From an uncultured Methanomassiliicoccales archaeon (GTDB taxonomy: Archaea; Thermoplasmatota; Thermoplasmata; RBG-16-68-12): DNA of 41,369 nt. The notes below the pieces were generated by a model. It saw only the letters and a program-made list of their open reading frames with translations. It did no database searches and had not been told where the DNA came from. Positions 32,772-40,896 of the stretch are shown here, piece by piece (within the stretch, counting starts at the first letter, position 1; each line of letters opens with the position of its first letter). The stretch lies in the NCBI GenBank assembly GCA_964348145.1, contig CAYGBO010000006.1, forward strand, positions 28,450 through 69,818, written 5' to 3'. Position numbers and translations under genes: made by a program.

Positions 32772-33845
32772 CTTTTGGCCGACGCGGCCCGGAGCGAGGC
32801 GGACCGCGTATTCCGTGAAGATCTCCGCCGCGCGTGCGACCTGCGCGAGGGAAACGCCCTCATCGGGGCCATGGATGGATGCGGGATCTCCCGGACCGAA
32901 GACGACGCAGCGGGGATTCTCCCGGGCATAGTACGCCATCTCGGTGCCGTAGGGGATCTGTATGACTTCCGCGCGGGCGATGTCTCTCAAGGCTCTTACG
33001 TGGGGAGCCTCGGGCGAAACTGACGCAGGAGGGATTTCGTGGAACAGGTCCAGATCGACGGTCTCTCCGGACGCCGCGATGGCTTTCCGGAGGGTATCCT
33101 CCACGTCGGCTCTCGAGGTTCCGGGCGGATGACGACAGTCCAAATCCAGAGTGCAGTAGTCGGCGACGAGGTTCGGCTGGACCCCTCCGCGGACCCCGCC
33201 CACGTTCACCGTGATGCCGCCCTCTGCGTCCTCTGGGCCCATGTGGCGCGCGAGGTGGGGCAGCACACGCGCCATCCGATGAATCGCATTGTCGCCGAGG
33301 TGCGGAGTGCTGCCATGGGCGCTGCGTCCGCGTGTCGTGGCCCGGTACCACAGCACGCCCTTCTCCGCAACGATAACCCGCAATGCTGATGGTTCCGCGA
33401 CGACGATCGCAGCGGCGTCCCGTACGGTCCGCGTCGGCGCCAGCATTTTCGCACCGCGCATCGTCGTCTCCTCGTCCGTCGTGAAGAGGAGGGAAAACGG
33501 CACTCCCCGTTCGAGCAGATCGCGGGCGGCCGCGAGGGCCGCCACGCAGCCTGCTTTCATGTCTGCGGCGCCCCGACCGTAGAGGAAATCCCCCTCCCAG
33601 GATCCCTGCTCTTTCGTCCAGCCGGAGGCCAAGGGAACTGTGTCAAGATGCCCGTTGAAGAGGACGCCGCCGGAGCCAGAGGACGCCTCGACGGCCGCCG
33701 CATCTTCATGCGCAATAGGCCGAAGGCCGAGATCTTCGGTAGCCTCCTCGGCCGCCCGAAGGATCTGGGTTCGATCCACGTCCGGCGTGGAGGGAACCCG
33801 GACGAACTCCGTGAGCTTCTCACGGATGTAGTCGTGATCGCTCAT
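32766..33845 (-). CDS. M20 family metallohydrolase (ArgE / DapE / LysK-like deacylase)
   Basis: Metal-ligand motifs GHLDTVP, GRGAADMKAG, DEE(T) and the C-terminal HGPDE. Confidence 0.85.
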   Translation of the reverse strand: MSDHDYIREKLTEFVRVPSTPDVDRTQILRAAEEATEDLGLRPIAHEDAAAVEASSGSGGVLFNGHLDTVPLASGWTKEQGSWEGDFLYGRGAADMKAGCVAALAAARDLLERGVPFSLLFTTDEETTMRGAKMLAPTRTVRDAAAIVVAEPSALRVIVAEKGVLWYRATTRGRSAHGSTPHLGDNAIHRMARVLPHLARHMGPEDAEGGITVNVGGVRGGVQPNLVADYCTLDLDCRHPPGTSRADVEDTLRKAIAASGETVDLDLFHEIPPASVSPEAPHVRALRDIARAEVIQIPYGTEMAYYARENPRCVVFGPGDPASIHGPDEGVSLAQVARAAEIFTEYAVRLAPGRVGQKL

Positions 33846-34429
33846 CGGCGTCTCCGATCGAGCTCGTTGTGCAGGATCGCAATAGCATGTTCCGTGTGGA
33901 GAGACATCGGACCAAGGCCGATCGTGGACGCCCCCCGGGCGAGGACGGTCCGCTCTTCCTCCGCGGTGAGGTCCATGTTGTCGGAGAGTACGAACGTAGC
34001 GGCGTCCGGGAGCCCCGTCTCACGAGCGTCAGGCCCGCCTTCTTTGAGGTACACAAAGGGAGGGCCCAGGCGGTCGAGCGTTTCGTCGAGGGACGACTTG
34101 GACGACGTTACTCCAGGCGAGACCTCACGCTCAATCCGCGAGCCACGTTCGAGGGCGCGTCGGACCAGCGCCGCGTTGCTGCGTATGTCCGGCTGGTAGG
34201 CGCGCACACGATCCCCCCGAATCCGAACGAGACGGGGAGGATCCGGAGGGCCCAACAGCAGGAGCGCGATCTCGGCGTCCCGTCGAATGTCGTGAGCGAG
34301 GAGGAGCGCCGCATTCGCTGCGTTCAAGAGGACGTCCATCCGGCCAGCCGCTCCCGCGAGGTCGTCTAACGGAAAGGAGGGCGATGTGGATGCCCGGTGA
34401 CCTAACACCAAGAAACGCCGCACACGCAC
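33842..34429 (-). CDS. trmY: tRNA (pseudouridine54-N1)-methyltransferase TrmY (SPOUT, DUF358)
   Basis: MR.F.VLGH.A.T...F.LDDL.G..GRMDVL....N.A.L..H.IR.D......LLGPP.PP, then QPD(I)RS.A, and the C-terminal SLH(T)EHAI.I.HNELD. This matches the archaeal TrmY pattern. Confidence 0.75.
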   Translation of the reverse strand: MRVRRFLVLGHRASTSPSFPLDDLAGAAGRMDVLLNAANAALLLAHDIRRDAEIALLLLGPPDPPRLVRIRGDRVRAYQPDIRSNAALVRRALERGSRIEREVSPGVTSSKSSLDETLDRLGPPFVYLKEGGPDARETGLPDAATFVLSDNMDLTAEEERTVLARGASTIGLGPMSLHTEHAIAILHNELDRRRR

Positions 34430-34456
34430 GAGAACGAGAGAGAGCGCTTAAGGATT

Positions 34457-35629
34457 TCACGACGGCTCTGGCGGATCCAGACAGGTTCGAAATCGTCCAC
34501 CGGGAACCCGCCCCTGCGTGTAGCTCCGAGAGGACACGCTTCGCCGACCGGTGTCCTCGAGAGAGGGGTTGCCTCGGAGGGTCTCAATCGCCCTTCGATG
34601 AAAGGGGACAAGGGGTAGGGCGGAGGTCTCGGCCGGGCGGATCCAACGAGCGTTGGGCCCCACGTCCGACGCGTTCACTGCATGGCACCGATAGATTGCG
34701 CCCCTCCAGCGGCGGTGGGAGAACGTGTGGTCCACCCGCCGATACCTCGACACGATGCGAACGCGAACGCCAGCCTGAGCGTGAACCGCTTCGACGAGGG
34801 CGTCCCGATCGGGCGTTCCCAGCGCCTTCTCGCCCCCCGGAAGCGCCCACAGTCCGGCGAGGAGACCGTGATCGGGCCGACGCACGAGGAGAACGCGCCC
34901 GTCGGACTCAAGAATCCCGAAGACGACCGGGACCATCTTGGGAACGCGCGCCCGGACCCGTCTCGGCAGGAGATCCTGCACACCCGCCCGACGCGCGAGG
35001 CAGAGATCCTCAAGGGGACACCGTGGGCATGCAGGCCCATCCGGTACGCAAACCGTAGCTCCGAGCTCCATGAGGGCCTGGTTGAAGGCCCCGGGTCGAT
35101 GTCTCGGCACAAGGGATTCAGCGAGATCCCACAATCGACGTTGCGTCGTGCTTTTCGACGGGTCTCCCTCAATCCGGTATAGTCGGACGAGTACGCGACG
35201 TACATTCCCGTCCACGACCGGCACCCGTTCTCCGAATGCGATACTCGCCACGGCGCCTGCCGTATACGGGCCTACGCCGGGCAACGTTTCGAGGGAATGG
35301 ATGTCGGAAGGGACGCGTCCGGCGTGCCGCTCCACGATCGCCCGAGCCGTAGCATGGAGGTTCCGCGCACGTCGGTAGAACCCGAGGCCTTCCCACGCCC
35401 GAAGCACGTCCTCGATCTCTGCGTCCGCCAGCGATTCGATCGTGGGGAACCGTTTGAGGAAGCGCTCGTAGTAGGGCGCCCCCGCGGCCACCCGCGTCCT
35501 CTGGAGAAGAAATTCCGCGACGAGGATCCGGTACGGATCCCGGGTGCGACGCCAAGGCAGATCTCTCCGGCTGGCGTCGAACCAGTGAAGGAGCTTTCTC
35601 GAAAGCGATCGGGAAGCTTGGGGCCCCAT
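34457..35629 (-). CDS. mutY: A/G-specific adenine DNA glycosylase MutY (HhH-GPD with a [4Fe-4S] loop and a C-terminal Nudix-like domain)
   Basis: LL.WFD...RDLPWR...DPY.ILV.E.LLQ(R)T, LPGVGPYTAGAV.SIAFG...P.VDGNV.RV, the Cys cluster C.......CP.CPL...C, and a C-terminal MutT-like domain. Confidence 0.9.
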   Translation of the reverse strand: MGPQASRSLSRKLLHWFDASRRDLPWRRTRDPYRILVAEFLLQRTRVAAGAPYYERFLKRFPTIESLADAEIEDVLRAWEGLGFYRRARNLHATARAIVERHAGRVPSDIHSLETLPGVGPYTAGAVASIAFGERVPVVDGNVRRVLVRLYRIEGDPSKSTTQRRLWDLAESLVPRHRPGAFNQALMELGATVCVPDGPACPRCPLEDLCLARRAGVQDLLPRRVRARVPKMVPVVFGILESDGRVLLVRRPDHGLLAGLWALPGGEKALGTPDRDALVEAVHAQAGVRVRIVSRYRRVDHTFSHRRWRGAIYRCHAVNASDVGPNARWIRPAETSALPLVPFHRRAIETLRGNPSLEDTGRRSVSSRSYTQGRVPGGRFRTCLDPPEPS

Positions 35630-35650
35630 GAGGGGGCGATGCCGCTGGGA

Positions 35651-35659
35651 CTAGATAAG
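35651..35659 (-). promoter_or_regulatory. TATA-like box (CTTATCTAG on the minus strand) 22 nt upstream of the mutY ATG
   Basis: One half of a back-to-back divergent promoter pair in the 74-nt mutY/Nudix spacer. Confidence 0.35.
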
Positions 35660-35673
35660 CCCGCGAAGGGCAG

Positions 35674-35680
35674 GATTATG
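35674..35680 (+). promoter_or_regulatory. TATA-like box (GATTATG) about 29 nt upstream of the Nudix GTG start
   Basis: The second half of the divergent promoter pair. The spacing implies a leaderless mRNA with a GTG start. Confidence 0.35.
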
Positions 35681-35703
35681 GGGGCGGGAGGGCGTGTCCC
35701 TCC

Positions 35704-36108
35704 GTGGACGTCCCGCGTATCGTGGCCGTCGCCCTCCTCACCTCGCGACGACGGGTCCTCGTGAACCGGAGGCCCGCGTCGGGCCCCCTGCCGGGCCAGT
35801 GGCAGTTCCCCGGCGGCAAGGTGGACTTCGGGGAGCATCCTTGGGACGCCTTGCGGCGCGAGCTTCGGGAGGAACTCAAGATACGAATCACCCACGGAAC
35901 TCTGTACGGAATCTACTCCCACGTGTACGAGATCGGTGGTCTTCAGGCCCACTACGTGCTCGTCGCCTATCACGTCGCCATGCCGAGGGCGCGGATCCGC
36001 ACATCGGACGACTGGCGATGGGGCACGGTGGCCGAGCTGCGCCGCTGGCCCGTGCTCCCGGGGTCCAAGCCCATTGTTGCGGACCTCGCGCAGCGCTGGC
36101 CTCGATGA
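35704..36108 (+). CDS. NUDIX hydrolase, MutT-like (8-oxo-dGTP diphosphatase candidate)
   Basis: A complete Nudix box, GGKVDFGEHPWDALRRELREELKI, preceded by W.FPGG as in MutT. GTG start. 134 aa. Confidence 0.8.
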   Translation: MDVPRIVAVALLTSRRRVLVNRRPASGPLPGQWQFPGGKVDFGEHPWDALRRELREELKIRITHGTLYGIYSHVYEIGGLQAHYVLVAYHVAMPRARIRTSDDWRWGTVAELRRWPVLPGSKPIVADLAQRWPR

Positions 36109-36109
36109 C

Positions 36110-36766
36110 TCACTTGAACACTTCTCCCGTCTCCCGGCTCCAGAAGAGCAGGTCGAGGGCCGCGGAGGGAATGCCGACCGCGTCGGCGAAACGATTCATC
36201 TTTGCCTCGATGGAGAGATAGCGCTCCCGCGTCAGGGACGGAGGCACACGGGGAACCACGCGGTGTCGAACGAGATTTCGAAGGATGTGACGATCCAAGA
36301 TCGCGAGTCCATCCCCGCGCCCGATGTTGCGGAGGAAGTGGCTTGCCTCCTTGAATCCCAAGCCATCCACCTCGCTCGCGAGCCATGCCCTTGTTTCCTC
36401 CGGAGCCCGAAAGCGGTCGAGAGTGGCTCTCAGGGTCGGCGGATCCTGTCCGAAGAACCGATCCCGCGCGCGCACGAGGTAGGCCGCCTTGTGGTTGTGG
36501 AACCGGACCCTGTGGTGCAGGTATTGGGCGAGAATCGCTTCGGCCCCTTGCCACAGGATCCCAACGCTGACGAGACCCCGAAGGGCCGCGTCGCACGCCC
36601 GCGCTCTCGTCTGAATCGCAAGCAGACAGAAACACAGTTCCTCGAAGAGCACCCGGTCCGGAAGGCGTCCTACCCGACGAAAGTCATCGAGTCGGGCCTG
36701 GATGAGATCCTCCTTTGCCGCGAACTCGGCTCGCAACTCCGTGACCTGGCGGTAGGCTGGCGCCAA
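36110..36766 (-). CDS. 8-oxoguanine DNA glycosylase / AP lyase, Ogg2 (archaeal Ogg) family
   Basis: Collinear with Methanocaldococcus Ogg. Shared segments are FEELCFC.L, then GLGFKEASHFLRNIG......ILDRHILR, and the C-terminal LDL.FW...TG.V.K. Confidence 0.8.
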   Translation of the reverse strand: MAPAYRQVTELRAEFAAKEDLIQARLDDFRRVGRLPDRVLFEELCFCLLAIQTRARACDAALRGLVSVGILWQGAEAILAQYLHHRVRFHNHKAAYLVRARDRFFGQDPPTLRATLDRFRAPEETRAWLASEVDGLGFKEASHFLRNIGRGDGLAILDRHILRNLVRHRVVPRVPPSLTRERYLSIEAKMNRFADAVGIPSAALDLLFWSRETGEVFK

Positions 36767-36790
36767 ATTCCCTCCCCATCGTGCGAGCGA

Positions 36791-37465
36791 TTATAAGTCT
36801 GTGGGAATCCTTGAACCCAGGATGAGCCGGCGTCCTCGAAGGTGAGCGCGATACGCGCGGACGCCAACGCCCGCGGAGAACGCGCGACGGAGAGCGTCTC
36901 CAAAGGCTGGGTCGGTCGCGTCGTTGGGGGCGAAACGCTCCGCGTCCCTCATCACGATGAAGAGGACGGCCGCGCCGTCCCCCTTCTGAACCCGGTCCAT
37001 GAGACGGCGCATGTGCTTCACACCCCGCTGGGTGGGCGCGTCGGGGAACAAGGCCCGGCGACGCACCACGAGGGAGCATGCTTTGACTTCGAGCCAGCTT
37101 TTCCCCGGGGACTCAAGTCCGAAATCGAAGCGCACATCGCGGCACTTGACCTCCCGGTCGATGAAGCGGAAGCGACGGAACTCGAGGAGGCGACGCTCTC
37201 GAAGGGCCCACGCAACGGCTTCGTTGGCCAAACGGGTGTCGAGGCAGACCCAACGTTCCCCGGCCTGGACCGCGAGGACGTCGAAGGATGTGCTTCGCCG
37301 GGAATTCGCTGCGGGCAGGAGCCGGAGGCGAGCGTTCGGGCGGAGCAACTCCCGGAGGCGTCCGGGATTCGGTAGGAACGCTTTAATGGGCTCGCCCCCT
37401 CGCGTCGCGATCACGAGGAAGCGGTTCGGGCGACTCCGGAACCGTGCGTCCACCGCACCATTCAT
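36791..37465 (-). CDS. sfsA: SfsA family nuclease (sugar fermentation stimulation protein homologue)
   Basis: R.NRF...... at the N-terminus, then E(V)K(A)C.L, then FPDAPTQRG.KH...L, and the C-terminal (R)AY.A. Confidence 0.85.
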   Translation of the reverse strand: MNGAVDARFRSRPNRFLVIATRGGEPIKAFLPNPGRLRELLRPNARLRLLPAANSRRSTSFDVLAVQAGERWVCLDTRLANEAVAWALRERRLLEFRRFRFIDREVKCRDVRFDFGLESPGKSWLEVKACSLVVRRRALFPDAPTQRGVKHMRRLMDRVQKGDGAAVLFIVMRDAERFAPNDATDPAFGDALRRAFSAGVGVRAYRAHLRGRRLILGSRIPTDL

Positions 37466-39048
37466 TCGGAATTCTTCCAGTCTCGGAGCATGCGGATCAG
37501 GAGACGAACGCCATACCCGGAGGCGCCTCTGGGAAGGTAGTCTTTCTTGGGAGAGTCCGGCGCGGATTCGATCCAGGCGGGGCCTGCAATGTCAAGGTGG
37601 GCCCATCGCATTCCCTCGACGAACTTCTCGAGGAACTTCGCAGCCGTCACGACCCCAGCGCTTCGGCCTCCCTCGTTCTTCACGTCGGCGGGGTCGCTCT
37701 CGATCTGCGCCCCGTAATCATCCCAGAGCGGCATCTCCCACACACGTTCTGACGTGGCTTCCGCCGCTCGGAGGAGCCGATTCCGAAGGTCTGTATCATT
37801 TGAGAACATTGCACAGGCCATCCGACCCAAGGCGATCTTCACGGCCCCGGTCAGGGTGGCGACATCGACCACGGCCTGAGGCCGGAATGTCTTCGCGAAG
37901 CCGAGGGCATCCGCCAGGATGAGCCGGCCCTCCGCATCGGGATTCACAACCTCGATCGTCTTGCCCCCGTAAGATCGGACGATATCGCCCGGCTTCTGCG
38001 CGCTACCGCTCGGCATGTTCTCCGTGAGAGGCGCAAGGGCGACGACGTTCAAGGGCAGCTTCAAGCGGGCCGCTCCGAGGACGGCACCCAGGACGACGGC
38101 CGCTCCCGCCATGTCGTAGCGCATCACCCACATGGGATCCGCCCCGGACGCTTCGAGAGGTTTCAGGGCGATGCCGCCGGAATCGAAAGTGACCCCCTTT
38201 CCCACGAGGAGGATCGGCTTTGCTTTCCCTCCACCATCGTGTTCGAGGGCGAGCAGCCGCGGAGGTTCCGCGCTACCCTTCGCGACCCCAAGCAACGCGC
38301 CGAAGCCGAGCTTCTGTAGGGCCTTCTCGTCGTAGACCCTGAGCTTTGCGCCCGCGTCCTTGGCGGCCAGCTCCACGCGATTCGCGAGAAGACGGGGCGT
38401 CTTGTCGTTGCCGGGCGCGTTGATTAAGTCCCGTGCGAAATTCACGCTTGTCGAGACGACAGAGGCAGTGCGCACGGCCTCACGGATCGTGTTCGCCATC
38501 GCCTTTTCCAGGGTCACAATCGTCATGGCTTCGACCTTGCGCCTGTCTGCTGCTGTCTTGTGTTCCGTGTACGCGTAGAGGCCCAAGAGGACGCCCTCCA
38601 CAAGGGCCTCCGCGGCGTCCGCGAGTTCGAGGTTTCCGACGCCGGCTCCGTGGACAATCGTAGAAAAGGTCTTCAGGCTAGCCTCCCGGACTCGAAGGGC
38701 CGCATGCGCAGCGACCTCTCGCACCCGATCCAGGCTGAAATCCTGCCGCAATCCAAGCCCAATGACCATGACCCGGTTCGCAGGAATCTGATCGAAAGTC
38801 GGCAGGATCGACACATCCTTGAATTTCCCTGTTACGTCGCCCGTTTCGATGAGCGCCGTGATCTGCCGCGCCATCGCCGCATCCACGGCGCCCGTGGCCC
38901 CGCCGGGGCGGCGCACGCCCTCGAACAGATTCACGACGATGACCTCGTCTTCCCACCGAGCGATGTCCCCCACCGCGACACTGATCCGCACGCGGATCCC
39001 AGTCCCGACGAGGGAGCACGCAGGGTATAAGCCATTCGGCCCACGCAT
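37462..39048 (-). CDS. pepA: Leucyl aminopeptidase (M17 family)
   Basis: NAPGNDKTP, GKGVTFDSGGIALKP, MRYDMAGAA, the NPDAEGRLILAD (NTDAEGRL) signature, and LTGA. Confidence 0.9.
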   Translation of the reverse strand: MRGPNGLYPACSLVGTGIRVRISVAVGDIARWEDEVIVVNLFEGVRRPGGATGAVDAAMARQITALIETGDVTGKFKDVSILPTFDQIPANRVMVIGLGLRQDFSLDRVREVAAHAALRVREASLKTFSTIVHGAGVGNLELADAAEALVEGVLLGLYAYTEHKTAADRRKVEAMTIVTLEKAMANTIREAVRTASVVSTSVNFARDLINAPGNDKTPRLLANRVELAAKDAGAKLRVYDEKALQKLGFGALLGVAKGSAEPPRLLALEHDGGGKAKPILLVGKGVTFDSGGIALKPLEASGADPMWVMRYDMAGAAVVLGAVLGAARLKLPLNVVALAPLTENMPSGSAQKPGDIVRSYGGKTIEVVNPDAEGRLILADALGFAKTFRPQAVVDVATLTGAVKIALGRMACAMFSNDTDLRNRLLRAAEATSERVWEMPLWDDYGAQIESDPADVKNEGGRSAGVVTAAKFLEKFVEGMRWAHLDIAGPAWIESAPDSPKKDYLPRGASGYGVRLLIRMLRDWKNSE

Positions 39049-39114
39049 GCCGGGATGATAGCAGCTTCGTCGTGGGAACCAGCTGCGCGCGGCATCCCGC
39101 CGGGTGCCACAGAC

Positions 39115-39122
39115 TTAAATAT
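39115..39122 (+). promoter_or_regulatory. TATA box (TTAAATAT) 30 nt upstream of the sodN ATG
   Basis: The strongest AT-rich octamer in the pepA/sodN divergent spacer. The spacing fits a leaderless or near-leaderless transcript. Confidence 0.45.
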
Positions 39123-39144
39123 CCATAGACGCTAGGCCCGGACC

Positions 39145-39666
39145 ATGTCACTCGCACACAGGTTATTGCAGACCCTCGACCGCGCGTTCCCCGCCCGCGT
39201 GGCCCACGCGCACTGCGACATCCCCTGCGGAATCTACGACCCTCATCAGGCCCAGGTGGCAGCTCATACCGTCATTCGCATGATCAGTCTCATCGACGAG
39301 TTGCCCAAGCCAGGAGCCAGCGACTCGGCGGCCCAGCGGGAGGAGTACGAGCACAAACTGGCCCGCTACACGGCCGTCAAAGAGGAGCACGCAGAGTTGT
39401 GCAAGCATGAGGTCCGGATCCTCTGGGGCGACTACTTCAAGCCCGAGCACGTTCAGAAGCATCCGGAACTCCACGACCTCGTCTGGAGGGTCATGAAGGC
39501 GGGTTCGAAGGCAAGGCAGGAGACGGATCTGAAGAGCGCGGAAGAACTGCTCAAAGCGGTAAACGAAATCGCCCGAGTCTTCTGGGAGACGAAAGGTATC
39601 GGGACGGCGAGCGCGAAAGCGCCCTATCCGACGAACCGCGAGACCGTCGTCCCGACGCTCGCTTGA
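39145..39666 (+). CDS. sodN: Nickel-containing superoxide dismutase precursor (NiSOD)
   Basis: A 22-aa propeptide is followed by the Ni-hook HCDIPCGIYDP (39211-39243). The protein is collinear with Streptomyces SodN, including ILWGDYFKPEH and the C-terminal (V)FWETKG. Confidence 0.9.
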   Translation: MSLAHRLLQTLDRAFPARVAHAHCDIPCGIYDPHQAQVAAHTVIRMISLIDELPKPGASDSAAQREEYEHKLARYTAVKEEHAELCKHEVRILWGDYFKPEHVQKHPELHDLVWRVMKAGSKARQETDLKSAEELLKAVNEIARVFWETKGIGTASAKAPYPTNRETVVPTLA

Positions 39667-39675
39667 TCCCTCTTC

Positions 39676-39984
39676 ATGATGTGGCCCCTTTCCCGCTTCC
39701 GGATTGACGACAACAGCATGAGTCCCGCCCTGTCGCCGGGCGACTACGTCCTGGTGAACCGGTGGGCCTACGCGTTCCGGCTGCCGTCCGTGGGAGACGT
39801 GGTCGTCCTCCGTCCCCCCACGAGCCGGGACCGATTCCTCGTCAAGCGGGTCGCCAGGATCACAGATTCCGGAGGGGTCTTCGTCCTTGGAGACAACGCG
39901 GAACGCAGTCAGGACAGTCGGCACTTCGGCCCCGTCTCCCGGCATCACATCGTCGGAAAAGTCTGGGGTCACGTGACCCCATGA
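39676..39984 (+). CDS. sodX: S26 signal-peptidase-like NiSOD maturation protease
   Basis: Catalytic Ser box DNSMSPAL, Lys box VKRV and GDN...S.DSR.FGP. At about 100 aa it is short. It lies 9 nt downstream of sodN, as in known sodN-sodX operons. Confidence 0.8.
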   Translation: MMWPLSRFRIDDNSMSPALSPGDYVLVNRWAYAFRLPSVGDVVVLRPPTSRDRFLVKRVARITDSGGVFVLGDNAERSQDSRHFGPVSRHHIVGKVWGHVTP

Positions 39985-40009
39985 CCGCACCCGACGATGA
40001 AGGGTTCCG

Positions 40010-40804
40010 TCAGTCCCACTTCTCGAAGCGCACGCGGCCGAAGCCCAGGCTCTGACACAGCGTTTTGACCTGCTCGACCATATCGTGCAACCCACAGATG
40101 TAGGCCTGCTTGTTCTCGTACCCGCCGAACTCCTCTTGGACGATCTTCTGAACGTATCCTACGCGACCCTTCCAGTCCGGTGTCTCGGGCCGAGAAATCG
40201 TGGGCAGAAAGTGGAAGTTCGAACGTTCGCGGTCCCAACTCTCGAGGATATCTCGGTAGATGAGATCGTACACGTATCGAACCCCGAACACCACGGAGAA
40301 TTCCAGGCCATCGTCGAGGTTGCTGGCCCAGATGTGACCAAGCATCGAGATGAAAGGCGCGACGCCCGTGCCTGTCGCGATGAACACCGTATCGGACCGA
40401 ATGGGTTCGGGAAGCACGAACCGACCCAAGGGTCCAATCATCGAGAGCCTCGTGCCGGGCTTGACCTTGTGAAGAAAATTCGACATGAAGCCGCCCTCCA
40501 CGACCTTGATGCAGAGCTCAAGATGATTCTTGTTCTCCGGAGCCGACGCAATGGAGTACGGGCGGGAAATGCGCTTCCCGTCCTTTTCCGCGAAGACGGA
40601 GACGAACTGCCCAGGCTCGAAATCGATTACCGGCTCGTTCTCGAACGTGAACCGGATTAGGTAGGTCTCGGGATACTTCGGTGTGATGTCAAAAACCTCT
40701 TCGACGACGGCCATGTGCTTGCCGGCACGGAACTTCACGGGAGGTTCCTGAAAAACGGGTTTCACGGCAGCGGCTCCCTTGGGCGATGCGCGCTCCCGCA
40801 TCAT
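40010..40804 (-). CDS. Ferredoxin-NADP+ reductase family FAD/NAD(P)-binding oxidoreductase
   Basis: FAD site RPYSIAS, G..S..L, and NAD(P) site FIATGTGVAPF. I prefer the ATG at 40804, which lies 26 nt downstream of TTTAAAT. The ORF-track start is a GTG at 40810. Confidence 0.85.
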   Translation of the reverse strand: MMRERASPKGAAAVKPVFQEPPVKFRAGKHMAVVEEVFDITPKYPETYLIRFTFENEPVIDFEPGQFVSVFAEKDGKRISRPYSIASAPENKNHLELCIKVVEGGFMSNFLHKVKPGTRLSMIGPLGRFVLPEPIRSDTVFIATGTGVAPFISMLGHIWASNLDDGLEFSVVFGVRYVYDLIYRDILESWDRERSNFHFLPTISRPETPDWKGRVGYVQKIVQEEFGGYENKQAYICGLHDMVEQVKTLCQSLGFGRVRFEKWD

Positions 40805-40829
40805 CGGCACTCTGGCACTATGGGGTCTG

Positions 40830-40836
40830 ATTTAAA
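40830..40836 (-). promoter_or_regulatory. TATA box (TTTAAAT on the minus strand) 26 nt upstream of the FNR-like ATG
   Basis: A canonical archaeal TATA core in a GC-rich spacer. Confidence 0.45.
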
Positions 40837-40896
40837 CGTTTCCTCCGATCCGCTAACGCGCATGCCCAACGGCCTCTCGATCACCGCCGTCCCCCG

